In this document: in pieces, positions 10,070-18,839 of the stretch
How positions within the stretch are numbered: the stretch's first letter is position 1
Layout of the letters: every line of letters starts with the position of its first letter
Assembly (NCBI GenBank): GCA_964495965.1
Contig: CAZBXX010000001.1
Coordinates: 1 to 57,108 of the forward strand
From: an uncultured Oscillospiraceae bacterium
GTDB lineage: Bacteria > Bacillota > Clostridia > Oscillospirales > Oscillospiraceae
Length of the DNA stretch: 57,108 nucleotides
Direction: 5' to 3'
Position numbers and translations under genes: made by a program
Notes under the pieces: model-generated
Databases searched by the model: none
Seen by the model: only the letters and a program-made list of their open reading frames with translations
Told to the model about the DNA's origin: nothing

Positions 10070-10098
10070 ATTCTATCATATACCGTGGCTTTGCACAA
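10070..10098 (-). promoter_or_regulatory. sigma-A-like promoter for the aldolase gene
   Basis: On the minus strand, -35 TTGTGC (10093-10098) and -10 TAGAAT (10070-10075) are separated by a 17-nt spacer, about 40 nt upstream of the ATG. Confidence 0.4.
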
Positions 10099-10312
10099 GT
10101 TTATTGTTGTCCTCAGCATTGATCGGATCGCAAACGCTTTCCCCGCATGTTGCCCTGACTGGAAAGGCATCTTAAAGCGGAGAGAACAGCTTCCCGGAAA
10201 TTTCGAATTCTGCCGCTTCCATGACTGCGGAGAAACCTTACGGATGCGTTCCAACCGCGGCAGGCACGGATTGACGGATACGGAATTGGGCACGATCAGC
10301 ACAGGCAGGATG

Positions 10313-10348
10313 CAAGCAGAAAATCAGCCCCGGATTTCTCCGGGGCTG
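10313..10348 (-). terminator. intrinsic terminator downstream of the response regulator gene
   Basis: A 10-bp stem pairs CAGCCCCGGA with TCCGGGGCTG (10325-10348) around a 4-nt loop. On the minus strand it is followed by ATTTTCTG. Confidence 0.55.
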
Positions 10349-10472
10349 AGCAACTCTGTGAAGGGCACCGTTATACGATTGAAAGGAATGAAATCAGAGG
10401 CGCCGGGAAAACCTTAGAGGTTCCAAGCCTTCAAGGATGATGTCCGATTCGCAGACTATCCTTTGAGGCGGA

Positions 10473-11156
10473 TCACTCGGTTACCTCAAACTTGTAACCC
10501 ACGCCCCAGACGGTTTTCAGATTCCACTGGTCCGAAACCCCTTCCAGCTTTTCACGCAGGCGCTTGATGTGCACGTCAACCGTGCGGGAATCGCCGAAAT
10601 AATCAAAGCCCCAGACCTCATCCAGAAGCTGGTTACGGGTAAACACCCGGTTCGGGGAGGAAGCCAGATGATAGAGAAGCTCCATCTCCTTGGGCGGGGT
10701 ATCCACTTTCCTGCCGTCTACAACAAGCTCGTAGGAGTCCAAATTGATCACAAGTTTATCAAAGGTCAGCTTTTTGTCCGCCGGGCCGACGTGATCGGTA
10801 CGACGGATCACCGCGTGGACGCGAGCCAGGAGTTCCTTCACTTCAAAGGGTTTGGTCACGTAGTCGTCCGCACCCATTTCAAGGCCCTGAACCTTGTCAT
10901 TGGTCTCCCCTTTGGCCGTCAGCATAATGATGGGCGTGGAGGACTTTGCCCGGATGTCCCGGCAGACCTGCCATCCGTCCTTTCCGGGCAGCATAATATC
11001 CAGCAGCATCACGTCCGGCTGAAAAAGGTCAAAATCCGCCTCCGCCTTGTTGCCGTCCGTGGCGATCATGACCTCAAAACCGTCCTTTGTCAGATAAAGG
11101 CGAAGAAGCTCCGCAATGTTTGCGTCATCTTCCACTACCAGTGCGCGTTTACTCAT
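10473..11156 (-). CDS. OmpR/PhoB-family DNA-binding response regulator (no cognate kinase in window)
   Basis: 227-aa ORF. The receiver domain shows 'ALVVEDDANIAELL' and 'DVMLLDIMLPGKDG'. The winged-helix output shows 'VWGFDYFGDSRTVDVHIKRLREKL'. Confidence 0.9.
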   Translation of the reverse strand: MSKRALVVEDDANIAELLRLYLTKDGFEVMIATDGNKAEADFDLFQPDVMLLDIMLPGKDGWQVCRDIRAKSSTPIIMLTAKGETNDKVQGLEMGADDYVTKPFEVKELLARVHAVIRRTDHVGPADKKLTFDKLVINLDSYELVVDGRKVDTPPKEMELLYHLASSPNRVFTRNQLLDEVWGFDYFGDSRTVDVHIKRLREKLEGVSDQWNLKTVWGVGYKFEVTE

Positions 11157-11273
11157 CCAGATCTCCTCCTGTCACACAGCGAATGCAACATGCGATTCTC
11201 ATATCCGATGCTCATTATAATGCACGGAACAAAATATGCGTGAAAAAATTGTAAAGCTTCCCAGGCTGAGCGG

Positions 11274-11582
11274 TTACTCCAGCCCATAAGGCCAGCCGAC
11301 CAGACCGCCCATGTCATAGAGGTTCTCATATCCGAGGGATTCCAGAATATGTGCGGCGCGGGCACTGCGCCGTCCGGTGCGGCAGTATACGAGCACCGGC
11401 GTCTGATGGCTCGGGATGAGCTCCCCTGCCGTTTGTGCGGTAATTTCATCCACCGGAAGCAGCAACGCATCGATGGCATGACCGGTCAGATACTCCGGCT
11501 CTTCACGGACGTCCAGAAGCACCGCATCGGGCCTCGACAGCAGCAGGTCATGCGCCTGCCGGAAACTGAGTGATGTAATCAT
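11274..11582 (-). CDS. single-domain rhodanese (sulfurtransferase)
   Basis: 102-aa ORF with the active-site loop 'YCRTGRRS'. Only 3 nt separate it from the upstream AAA gene. Confidence 0.85.
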   Translation of the reverse strand: MITSLSFRQAHDLLLSRPDAVLLDVREEPEYLTGHAIDALLLPVDEITAQTAGELIPSHQTPVLVYCRTGRRSARAAHILESLGYENLYDMGGLVGWPYGLE

Positions 11583-11585
11583 CTT

Positions 11586-13313
11586 TTAAGCGTTTGCCCA
11601 GTGGTCTGTCTCTGCAGGCATCTCCCCGGGCCAGTCGGGAGAAACAACAGCCGGTGCTGGCGCCGTCATTCCCTTTTTCCGCTCAACCATATAGCGGAAC
11701 CAGGCCTCGTATTCAGGTCCAAGGCGTCGGACGAGCTGCCAAGCTTCTTCCTTCTTTTCCAGAATCAGGCACTGCTGCGCCAGCTGATACTTGCGGGCAA
11801 TGCTGAAACGACGGAGCTCCTCATCGGTGTAACTGCCGAGGGCTGCAAGTTCCTGCCGCGCACGGAAAAAGCGAATGAAAGTCTCGGCGGCATCCCGGCC
11901 GACGATGGGCTCAAGAAGGGAGAAGTCGTTTCCGGAAGCTTCAAGGGCACGGGAGGCCATCTCCCAGCGCCGCGGATCCGCATGGCCTTCGGTGCCGGTA
12001 TAGGGCGTGCGGAGATAGAGGTCGTTATTGGCCAGAAACTCCATAACGAAGGGATTGATCCTGCTGCGGACTGCCCATGGCATCCAGTTCTCCACTGTCG
12101 TGCGGATGTAGATGTGGGCAAAGCGGCCGAAGAGCGGTTCCGCCAGGTCGTGGGAGGCGCTGGATTCACTGCGGTCGTTACCGGCTGCCACAATGCGCGC
12201 CGAAGCGGGCAGCGGCCAGCGGTTGTTCACAAAGCGCTCCAGTACAATCTTGAAAATCACGGACTGGGTCTGCTTGGTGGCATTGGTGAGCTCATCGAAG
12301 AACAGAATATGCTGCTCTCCGTTTTTGCAAAGCCGCTCAAGGCGGATCAGCCAGGCAGGTTTAATGTCGATGATTTCATCTTTTTCCTCGTTATAAACCG
12401 CGCGGCCGTTAATGGTTTCCGGCGTTTCGTTAACCAGTTCAATATCGAGGGCCTGCGGGTCAATCTGCCGGACACGGTCGCTCTTTCCATCGCCGGAAAG
12501 GCCGTGAAGAAAGACCGGGATGTCAGCATCCACGTAAGCGCGGATAAGGCTGAGTTCATCATGCTGAACAAGGCGGAAGGGAGCATCTGCCGGGATAGCA
12601 GCCTCCTGTTCGGGGGCAAGTTCGCGAAGAAACGGCCCGGAGAGATACGAAGCCGCTTCTTCCGCGCTGAGCCCTGCAAAAAGGCACTGAACACTGATCA
12701 GAATATGGCTGTGCGGGTCGTAAAGCCAGCGTACCGGACGCAGCTCCAGAAAGACCTGTTCCCCCTCCGAAACCACAGTACTGTCGGAGAGCGTCAGATA
12801 GCCGTTGGCGCCGCCCGATTCGACTGTGATGACAATCACGCGCTTTGCCCCCAGACGGTAGACCGGATACTGCTTGTTTCGGACCGTGATATGGCGCCCG
12901 GTATCATAAAGGCTGTGGTCAAGGAGATTCTTTGCGGCGAGGTCACGCATACTTCGGTCAAGAACGGCGGTGGGAAACAGGCCGTACTCTGCCGTAGTAA
13001 CGCTGCCGTCCGTGCGCAGGTTATGCAGAAGGGTCTCTTCCTCCGGGTCAAGCAGGATGGCGGGGCGCACTGCGCAGGAGGGGCAGATGAAAACCGTACT
13101 GAGGCGGCCAAACCGGTCGGCAACACTGTCCTGTGAAAGATAGTAGTTGATGCCACCCCCCGCCTCGAAAGCAAAGCCGTCATCCTCGACGGTGAGAAGG
13201 GCCAGATCGGAAGGGGGCGCAACCGTTCCCACTGCGGAAAAAAGAGGGAGAGCCGAATCCGGATGTTCTTCGGATCCGAAGATCTGTTCGGAAGTCAGGA
13301 AGATGGGTTTCAT
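11586..13313 (-). CDS. MoxR-like AAA+ ATPase with an uncharacterised ~270-aa N-terminal domain
   Basis: Walker A 'FLHGLSGDGKS' and Walker B 'HILFFDELTNA' are present. I chose the start at ATG 13313 (GGAGG RBS 5 nt upstream) rather than the track start at 13349. Confidence 0.7.
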   Translation of the reverse strand: MKPIFLTSEQIFGSEEHPDSALPLFSAVGTVAPPSDLALLTVEDDGFAFEAGGGINYYLSQDSVADRFGRLSTVFICPSCAVRPAILLDPEEETLLHNLRTDGSVTTAEYGLFPTAVLDRSMRDLAAKNLLDHSLYDTGRHITVRNKQYPVYRLGAKRVIVITVESGGANGYLTLSDSTVVSEGEQVFLELRPVRWLYDPHSHILISVQCLFAGLSAEEAASYLSGPFLRELAPEQEAAIPADAPFRLVQHDELSLIRAYVDADIPVFLHGLSGDGKSDRVRQIDPQALDIELVNETPETINGRAVYNEEKDEIIDIKPAWLIRLERLCKNGEQHILFFDELTNATKQTQSVIFKIVLERFVNNRWPLPASARIVAAGNDRSESSASHDLAEPLFGRFAHIYIRTTVENWMPWAVRSRINPFVMEFLANNDLYLRTPYTGTEGHADPRRWEMASRALEASGNDFSLLEPIVGRDAAETFIRFFRARQELAALGSYTDEELRRFSIARKYQLAQQCLILEKKEEAWQLVRRLGPEYEAWFRYMVERKKGMTAPAPAVVSPDWPGEMPAETDHWANA

Positions 13314-13412
13314 AAGCGCCTCCAGAAAGATATGATTGCACGCGCCCACGCTGCGGCATCGGTTTACCGTTCAGGGCCGGATAAAAGGCATCACATACGC
13401 CATGACAGTTGA

Positions 13413-14474
13413 TCAGGTAATGAGGAAGTTGATCTCGACCTTGTCTTTCACTTCAGGTGGTTTGGCATAAAGGACACGGCCGCCGTTCGGATGGATGGGA
13501 TTGGTGCCGTAAACAACCCACACACAGTCGCAGCGCTGTTCCGGCATCTCGGCATAGCCGTCGGTAAAGATGATCTGGTTTTCGGCATCGCCCGTGAAGG
13601 CATTGATTGCCGTTGTAAAGTTGGTGCCGCCGGCGCCCCGAAGATCAAGCGCGTCGATGTCATGTTCAGTACGCACCTCGTGAAAGCCGTAAAACCTGGT
13701 ATCAAAACATCCGACACGGATCACAGCGTCCTCAGCAAAAAGAGCTTTAACCGCACGGACAAAGGCGCGGAGGAGATCGGTGTCCACAGAAGCGCTGGTG
13801 TCAAGCAACACTTCCGCATGAGCCACCGGGACCGCGCGAAACTGCCAGGGCAAAACTCCGTCGCGAACGGTATCTCCCGGAAACCAGTCAAAGTCCAGCT
13901 GGAAACTGGGCTCCAAAAGCTGGGAAAGACCGTGTACCGCCTGCGCAAGGCCAGGGTCGTCAATACCGCGGCTTCCGCCATCCGAGGTTTTCCCGGCTTT
14001 GGACTTACCGGGTTCCGCATCGGGTTTCTGGTCCTTTGTATCCGGTTCCGGTGCGACAGGCGGGAGATTCGGCTCCATGGAAGCCAGAATGACGTCATAG
14101 AGTTCCTCGGCACTCTTTCCCTCCGAAGCGGGAATCAGAAGAGCGTCCATCGGGAGAGGAAATCCGTCTTCCATGAGGAGGCGGTTCACCACAGCATCGG
14201 TGGCACGCTTCCATGCAGCACGGTTCCTGCCCAAACCACGGGCAGTATGGCTGAAACGAAGGTGCAAAAGCTGCTGTGCAAGATAAAAGGCACGGGTTTC
14301 TTCAGTGGCGTAGCCAAGGAGGCGCGGATTGTAGTAGACTGTACAGCCGTCATTATCGCTTGGCCAAATGGTCTGCGCATCCTCAATGGGTACGCGGGTG
14401 ATCCATCCCGTCCACTGCGGAAAGCGCTCACAGAGTGCTGTGCGCAGAGCATCAACGTCAATTCGGGCGGTCAT
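13413..14474 (-). CDS. VWA-domain protein with a degenerate metallopeptidase-like N-domain (DUF2201-like architecture)
   Basis: MIDAS elements are 'LLDTSASV', 'GAGGTNF' and 'IIFTDGY'. The N-terminal segment reads '[10 protein letters not shown]' where this architecture usually carries HExxH. The start overlaps the mnmG stop (ATGA). Confidence 0.65.
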   Translation of the reverse strand: MTARIDVDALRTALCERFPQWTGWITRVPIEDAQTIWPSDNDGCTVYYNPRLLGYATEETRAFYLAQQLLHLRFSHTARGLGRNRAAWKRATDAVVNRLLMEDGFPLPMDALLIPASEGKSAEELYDVILASMEPNLPPVAPEPDTKDQKPDAEPGKSKAGKTSDGGSRGIDDPGLAQAVHGLSQLLEPSFQLDFDWFPGDTVRDGVLPWQFRAVPVAHAEVLLDTSASVDTDLLRAFVRAVKALFAEDAVIRVGCFDTRFYGFHEVRTEHDIDALDLRGAGGTNFTTAINAFTGDAENQIIFTDGYAEMPEQRCDCVWVVYGTNPIHPNGGRVLYAKPPEVKDKVEINFLIT

Positions 14475-16468
14475 GAAAATTTCTCCCCAACGGCAGGATT
14501 CCCGGTTGGCGCTGAAACCGTATCCTGCTCCGCAACAGCCTCGGAGACGCCGGGCTGCGAGACCGCGATCATGAGAACCGCGATATCCGCCGGCGAAACG
14601 CCGGAAATGCGGCTGGCCTGGCCGAAGTTCAGCGGCCGGATCTTTTTCAGCTTTTCCCTTGCCTCAAGCCGCAGACCCGTGATTACATCATAATCCAGAT
14701 CCGGTGACAGCCGCCGGGACTCCATTCTCCGGAACTCCTCCACCTGCTTCAGCTGGCGGCGGATATAGCCATCGTAGCGGAGGCGGATTTCAACCTGCCG
14801 GATCACGGGAATCGGAAGTGCCGGGCGTTCGGTATCGAAGCAGGCGAGATCCTGATAGCTGATCTGCGGGCGGCGGATGAGGTCCGCAAGCGAGCTGCCG
14901 GTGGCAAGAGGGGCTGTTCCCCGGTCGGCAAGCAGCGTGTTCAGAGCCTCGGAGGGTGCAAGGTGCGTGTGCTCCAGGCGGTCGAGTTCCGACTGTACAG
15001 CACGGTATTTGGCATTGACATCGGCAAGACGCGCATCAGAGATGAGCCCCAGCTCATGCCCGATTTGGGTCAGGCGCTCATCCGCATTATCCTGCCGGTG
15101 CAAAAGACGGTATTCACTGCGCGAAGTCATCATACGGTAAGGCTCATTGGTGCCTTTGGTGACAAGGTCATCAATCAGCGTGCCGATATACCCCTGGTCT
15201 CGTCGGAGAATGAAAGGGCTCTGATCACTGAGTCTGCGGGCTGCGTTAACGCCTGCAACAAAACCCTGGACGGCTGCCTCCTCATATCCGGAAGAGCCGT
15301 TGAACTGCCCCGCACCGTAAAGGCCGTACACCTGCTTGCATTCCAGCGTCGGGCGCAGTGCTGTCGGGTCCACGCAATCATACTCAATGGCATAGGCCGG
15401 GCGTGTCATTTCCGCACATTCCAGGCCCGGGATGGTATGGAGCATCCGCAACTGGATTTCCTCCGGCATGGAGGATGAAAAACCCTGAAGATAGAGTTCC
15501 TCGGTATTCAGCCCCATGGGCTCCAGAAACAGCTGATGGCGCTGTTTGTCCGGGAATGTCATCACCTTCGTCTCGATACTCGGGCAATAGCGCGGTCCTA
15601 CCCCTTCAATCACTCCGGAGTAAATGGGGCTGCGGTCAAGATTCTCACGGATGATGCGATGGGTCTCTTCGTTGGTATAGGTAAGATAGCAAACTGCCCG
15701 GTTTTCAGGCGGCATAGAAGTCTCAAAGGAAAATGCTTCCGGGGCCGGATCTCCCGGTTGAATCTCCATTTTTGAAAAGTCTACTGTCCTTGCCAGAATC
15801 CGCGGCGGAGTGCCCGTTTTGAAGCGCCGGATCGGCAGGCCAAGCGCAGCCAGACATGCTGAGAGCGGGATCGCCGGTGCCAGCCCGTCCGGTCCCGATG
15901 GCCGCAGAAGTTCACCAATGATGGTACGGGAATCCAGATACGTGCCGGTGGCAATGATCACCGCGCGACAGGAATAGCGGGCGCCTGTCGCAGTGGTCAC
16001 ACCGCTCACAGCGGGCAGCCTGTCTTCCCCGTTCGGTTCCGTACCCGGGTTCTGCGGATACTCCACCTCAACTGAGACAACTTCTGCCTGTTTGACGCGC
16101 AGGTTTTCCTGCTGCTCCAGGGTGTGCTTCATCACTTCCTGGTAACGGCGGCGGTCAGCCTGCGCCCGCAAAGAATGAACAGCCGGACCTTTCCCCTGGT
16201 TCAGCATACGGTACTGAATGCAGGCTTTGTCTGCCGCTTTTGCCATTTCACCCCCAAGGGCATCCAATTCCCGCACCAGATGGCCCTTGCCTGTCCCGCC
16301 GATTGCCGGGTTGCAGGGCATATTCCCTACGCTGTCAAGGTTCACCGTAAAACAGATCGTATCCATGCCAAGGCGTGCCGCAGCCAGGGCTGCTTCAATC
16401 CCAGCATGCCCTGCTCCGATGACGGCAACATCGCAGTTTCCTGCTTCAAACGTTTTCATCGTGCTCAT
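14471..16468 (-). CDS. mnmG: tRNA uridine 5-carboxymethylaminomethyl modification enzyme MnmG (GidA)
   Basis: 665-aa ORF with '[22 protein letters not shown]' and full-length resemblance to MnmG. It carries an extra ~35-aa C-terminal tail. Confidence 0.95.
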   Translation of the reverse strand: MSTMKTFEAGNCDVAVIGAGHAGIEAALAAARLGMDTICFTVNLDSVGNMPCNPAIGGTGKGHLVRELDALGGEMAKAADKACIQYRMLNQGKGPAVHSLRAQADRRRYQEVMKHTLEQQENLRVKQAEVVSVEVEYPQNPGTEPNGEDRLPAVSGVTTATGARYSCRAVIIATGTYLDSRTIIGELLRPSGPDGLAPAIPLSACLAALGLPIRRFKTGTPPRILARTVDFSKMEIQPGDPAPEAFSFETSMPPENRAVCYLTYTNEETHRIIRENLDRSPIYSGVIEGVGPRYCPSIETKVMTFPDKQRHQLFLEPMGLNTEELYLQGFSSSMPEEIQLRMLHTIPGLECAEMTRPAYAIEYDCVDPTALRPTLECKQVYGLYGAGQFNGSSGYEEAAVQGFVAGVNAARRLSDQSPFILRRDQGYIGTLIDDLVTKGTNEPYRMMTSRSEYRLLHRQDNADERLTQIGHELGLISDARLADVNAKYRAVQSELDRLEHTHLAPSEALNTLLADRGTAPLATGSSLADLIRRPQISYQDLACFDTERPALPIPVIRQVEIRLRYDGYIRRQLKQVEEFRRMESRRLSPDLDYDVITGLRLEAREKLKKIRPLNFGQASRISGVSPADIAVLMIAVSQPGVSEAVAEQDTVSAPTGNPAVGEKFS

Positions 16469-16666
16469 GGTGCTTTACTCAGTTTCTTCACACAGTTCTC
16501 AAAATTTTGATTGAAATTATATCCGCTTACAACCTTTTCGTCAATGCTTTCCGCAGCAACCATTTTACTTTTTCCCGTCACACCCAAATCCTTATCATGA
16601 AGCTGACAGATACATCCGGACGATCATTTATTCGCGCTTTTTTGAGAAATCGTGCGAACAAAATTC

Positions 16667-16695
16667 TTGACAAAGGAAGTTCCGCGTGCTATGAT
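16667..16695 (+). promoter_or_regulatory. sigma-A-like promoter for tRNA-Leu
   Basis: TTGACA (16667-16672), a 17-nt spacer and TATGAT (16690-16695) lie about 20 nt upstream of the tRNA 5' end. Confidence 0.45.
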
Positions 16696-16714
16696 TGCAA
16701 AGCACTTAAGAGAT

Positions 16715-16802
16715 GCGCGAGTGGTGGAATTGGCAGACTCGCTAGATTCAGGTTCTAGTGCTCACTCCGGGCGTGCGGGTTCAAGTCCCGCCTCGCGCAC
16801 CA
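16715..16802 (+). tRNA. tRNA-Leu(CAG), class II with long variable arm, encoded CCA
   Basis: The acceptor stem pairs GCGCGAG with CTCGCGC. The anticodon stem CTAGA/TCTAG encloses loop TTCAGGT (anticodon CAG). The T-arm is GCGGG TTCAAGT CCCGC, followed by discriminator A and CCA. Confidence 0.9.
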
Positions 16803-16807
16803 AATTA

Positions 16808-16845
16808 AAAGACGAGGAAATGACTGATTTCCCCGTCTTTTTCTT
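16808..16845 (+). terminator. intrinsic terminator after tRNA-Leu
   Basis: The hairpin AAAGACGAGGA...TCCCCGTCTTT has one mismatch and is followed by a T-run. Confidence 0.5.
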
Positions 16846-16946
16846 ATTTTCCCGCACTTTTAACGCTTAAAAGTTATCCACTCTCTCACGCGTCCGTAGT
16901 AGCCCGTGAACGCTTTTTCGCACGTGTGAAGGGGTTTTCATGGGAA

Positions 16947-17005
16947 AATTACTACCGAATTACTACTGTTTTGCCGTCTCCAGCGGTAGTAATTTCGTAG
17001 TAATT
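16947..17005. repeat. long inverted repeat built from ATTACTAC octamers (late-operon terminator and/or att-arm protein sites)
   Basis: 20-nt arms at 16947-16966 and 16986-17005 pair with 1 mismatch and 1 G-U, around a 19-nt loop. The repeat overlaps the holin stop codon. On the minus strand it is followed by AATTTTCCC. Confidence 0.45.
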
Positions 17006-17264
17006 ATTCGTGCTTCCCGGTCTGCTGATACCACGCCTGGTGCACTCCGGTCGCTGCGAATCCACTGATAATGCCGATTGCCACTGCGTTCATCACGTCG
17101 CTTGCAGGAAAATCTGCGATGGTGTACATCGCCACAACGCCCAGCACGCCGCCCAGCACGCCGCATATAATCGGAATCCACTCGTCCATCTTTCTGGTCG
17201 CCTTGACGCCCTCTGCGACAAGATAGCAAATGACGGTGATCGCCCATACAGTTACGCCTTCCAT
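17004..17264 (-). CDS. holin
   Basis: 86-aa ORF with three hydrophobic helices ('VWAITVICYLVA', 'WIPIICGVLGGVLGVVAMY', 'AVAIGIISGFAATGV') and a charged C-terminus. It is the last gene of the lysis cassette. Confidence 0.7.
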   Translation of the reverse strand: MEGVTVWAITVICYLVAEGVKATRKMDEWIPIICGVLGGVLGVVAMYTIADFPASDVMNAVAIGIISGFAATGVHQAWYQQTGKHE

Positions 17265-17554
17265 TATGCCGCTCCTTTCTTGTATAGCGTTTTAATGTCA
17301 TTCTCCATAACGGCTATGCTTTTGGCAATCTCGGATAGCTTTTCCGCATAGCCGTTATGAATATCCAGCTTGTGCTCGATGCTTTTCAGTCTGTCTTCCA
17401 GCCGCGTGGTGCGGACCGCTTCTTCGACTGCCCGCAGCTTTTCTTTCTCCATCTCTTCCCGGGTCTGTTTCTTCCGGTTGTTCCGGTTGATAAGGATCTG
17501 GCAGACGATGGAAGTTACCGCCACTATCAGCGCCGTGATGATCCCTTCGCTCAT
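17264..17554 (-). CDS. lysis-cassette membrane protein (N-terminal TM helix plus coiled coil)
   Basis: Start at ATG 17554 with a GGGGTGAGGAA RBS; the track's longer ORF overlaps the endolysin. The TM helix 'IITALIVAVTSIVCQILI' is followed by a charged helix. A TAATG overlap links it to the holin. Confidence 0.55.
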   Translation of the reverse strand: MSEGIITALIVAVTSIVCQILINRNNRKKQTREEMEKEKLRAVEEAVRTTRLEDRLKSIEHKLDIHNGYAEKLSEIAKSIAVMENDIKTLYKKGAA

Positions 17555-17558
17555 TTCC

Positions 17559-18368
17559 TCACCCCCATCCCTGCAGTTTCTTCCAAGTGAGCTGCCCCAC
17601 AATACCGTCCGCTGTAAGGCCAAAGTCCTTCTGGAATTGCCGGACGGCATCCTCTTCCTCGTCGTCCCACTGGCCGTCGCAATAAACGATGTGATAATTG
17701 CGGCGCTTCAGCAGCCCCTGCATAATGTAGACCTCGTCCCAGCCGGAGCAATGGTAGTCTATCGTCCTCAGATTCAGACTGTGGTCCGCTGCCGGTTCCG
17801 GCGTCGGCTCTGGCGTAGGCTGCGGATCGTCAGGAACATCAGGCTCTGCGTCCATGTTGTTCTCAAGCCAAGAGAACCACCTGTTTGCGATACCGCCACG
17901 AGTCTGCCCTTGCGCTTCAGTATTCGCAGGAATCTCAAAGCGACAGCAGATGTTATATCCGCAGTTGAATGCGCTGTTGCTTGAACAGCAAATCTTCCAC
18001 ACAGACGCATAGAAGGATTTCATTTCATACAGCGCAAACTCCACCTGAGTCTGAAAGTCTCCGATGCTCTTGTGCCGTTGCTGGAAGTATGTAAGCATCC
18101 GCTTTTTGCGATCTTGCGCCGTCCATTGGCAGAGTCCATAGCCGTAGGCATCGTTGCCGAAATTGCGGTAACTGCCGTTATCGACTGCGGCGGTATACTG
18201 CGCATCGGTCATGCCTGACGAACGGTTGTAACAGTCTTGCAGGTTTATGGGGCTTAATACGGATTCGGCTTCCATGTTCGCAATCAAACCTGCCGCACCT
18301 GCAAGAGTCATCCCGGCGGCAACTGCCTGTTGTGCGATGTATAAAGCCTTGCTCTCTTGATCTGTCAT
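17559..18368 (-). CDS. endolysin (phage lysozyme-type catalytic domain plus C-terminal peptidoglycan-binding domain)
   Basis: The N-terminus 'AGAAGLIANMEAESVLSPINLQ...YGYGLCQWT' resembles the phage tail-lysozyme fold. The C-terminus 'AVRQFQKDFGLTADGIVGQLTWKKL' is a PG_binding_1-type repeat. Confidence 0.8.
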   Translation of the reverse strand: MTDQESKALYIAQQAVAAGMTLAGAAGLIANMEAESVLSPINLQDCYNRSSGMTDAQYTAAVDNGSYRNFGNDAYGYGLCQWTAQDRKKRMLTYFQQRHKSIGDFQTQVEFALYEMKSFYASVWKICCSSNSAFNCGYNICCRFEIPANTEAQGQTRGGIANRWFSWLENNMDAEPDVPDDPQPTPEPTPEPAADHSLNLRTIDYHCSGWDEVYIMQGLLKRRNYHIVYCDGQWDDEEEDAVRQFQKDFGLTADGIVGQLTWKKLQGWG

Positions 18369-18614
18369 AGTCGCTTCTCCAGAAGTTCGTTTACGAAAAC
18401 GTCCAGTTCGTCTTCGGTCATCATGGTTGTTACCTCGTGACTATCTCGTGATTTCACGAGTTATTTCAAAAGATACCGACTGTCACGGTTGCCCAGTAGG
18501 TGGACAGTTCTAGATTCCGCAGCTGGCGGTTGTAACCACAGAGAAGCCATATAGACCGCTCTGTTCTAACTGAGCCGCCGCAGTTTAGACCGGACACGTT
18601 ATGTCCGTTTAACT

Positions 18615-18824
18615 CTATTCACCCAGATGCTCGTAGAACTCCCGGCGAACCACGTTGCCGTGTTCGTCATACATGAGAACAGTATGCACTTCCACGGTGC
18701 TGACAGCGGCGGCGGCAAGGATCGTGTGGAATCTTGCTTCGGCTTGGTTGCGGTCGGTGAAAGTAACCGTAGGAGTCAGTGTGGTCTGCGTGCCGCTGGT
18801 CTGAATTTCCTGAATAATAATCAT
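18615..18824 (-). CDS. hypothetical small phage protein
   Basis: 69-aa ORF lying 15 nt downstream of the tail fibre gene on the same strand. No motif was recognised. Confidence 0.45.
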   Translation of the reverse strand: MIIIQEIQTSGTQTTLTPTVTFTDRNQAEARFHTILAAAAVSTVEVHTVLMYDEHGNVVRREFYEHLGE

Positions 18825-18839
18825 TGTTTTTCTCCTCTC

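Noticed and set aside
1077-14693. Antisense ORFs in the host region (1077-1928, 1691-2485, 3799-4773, 4780-5718, 6265-6924, 7753-8409, 8783-9655, 10569-11243, 11601-13136, 13491-14693).
   Set aside because: They lie opposite genes with unambiguous enzyme motifs. Their composition is low-complexity and typical of the non-coding strand of GC-rich genes.
16846-16946. Small ORFs (about 24 aa) between the tRNA terminator and the inverted repeat.
   Set aside because: They are too short and have no RBS. The region more likely contains the att junction.
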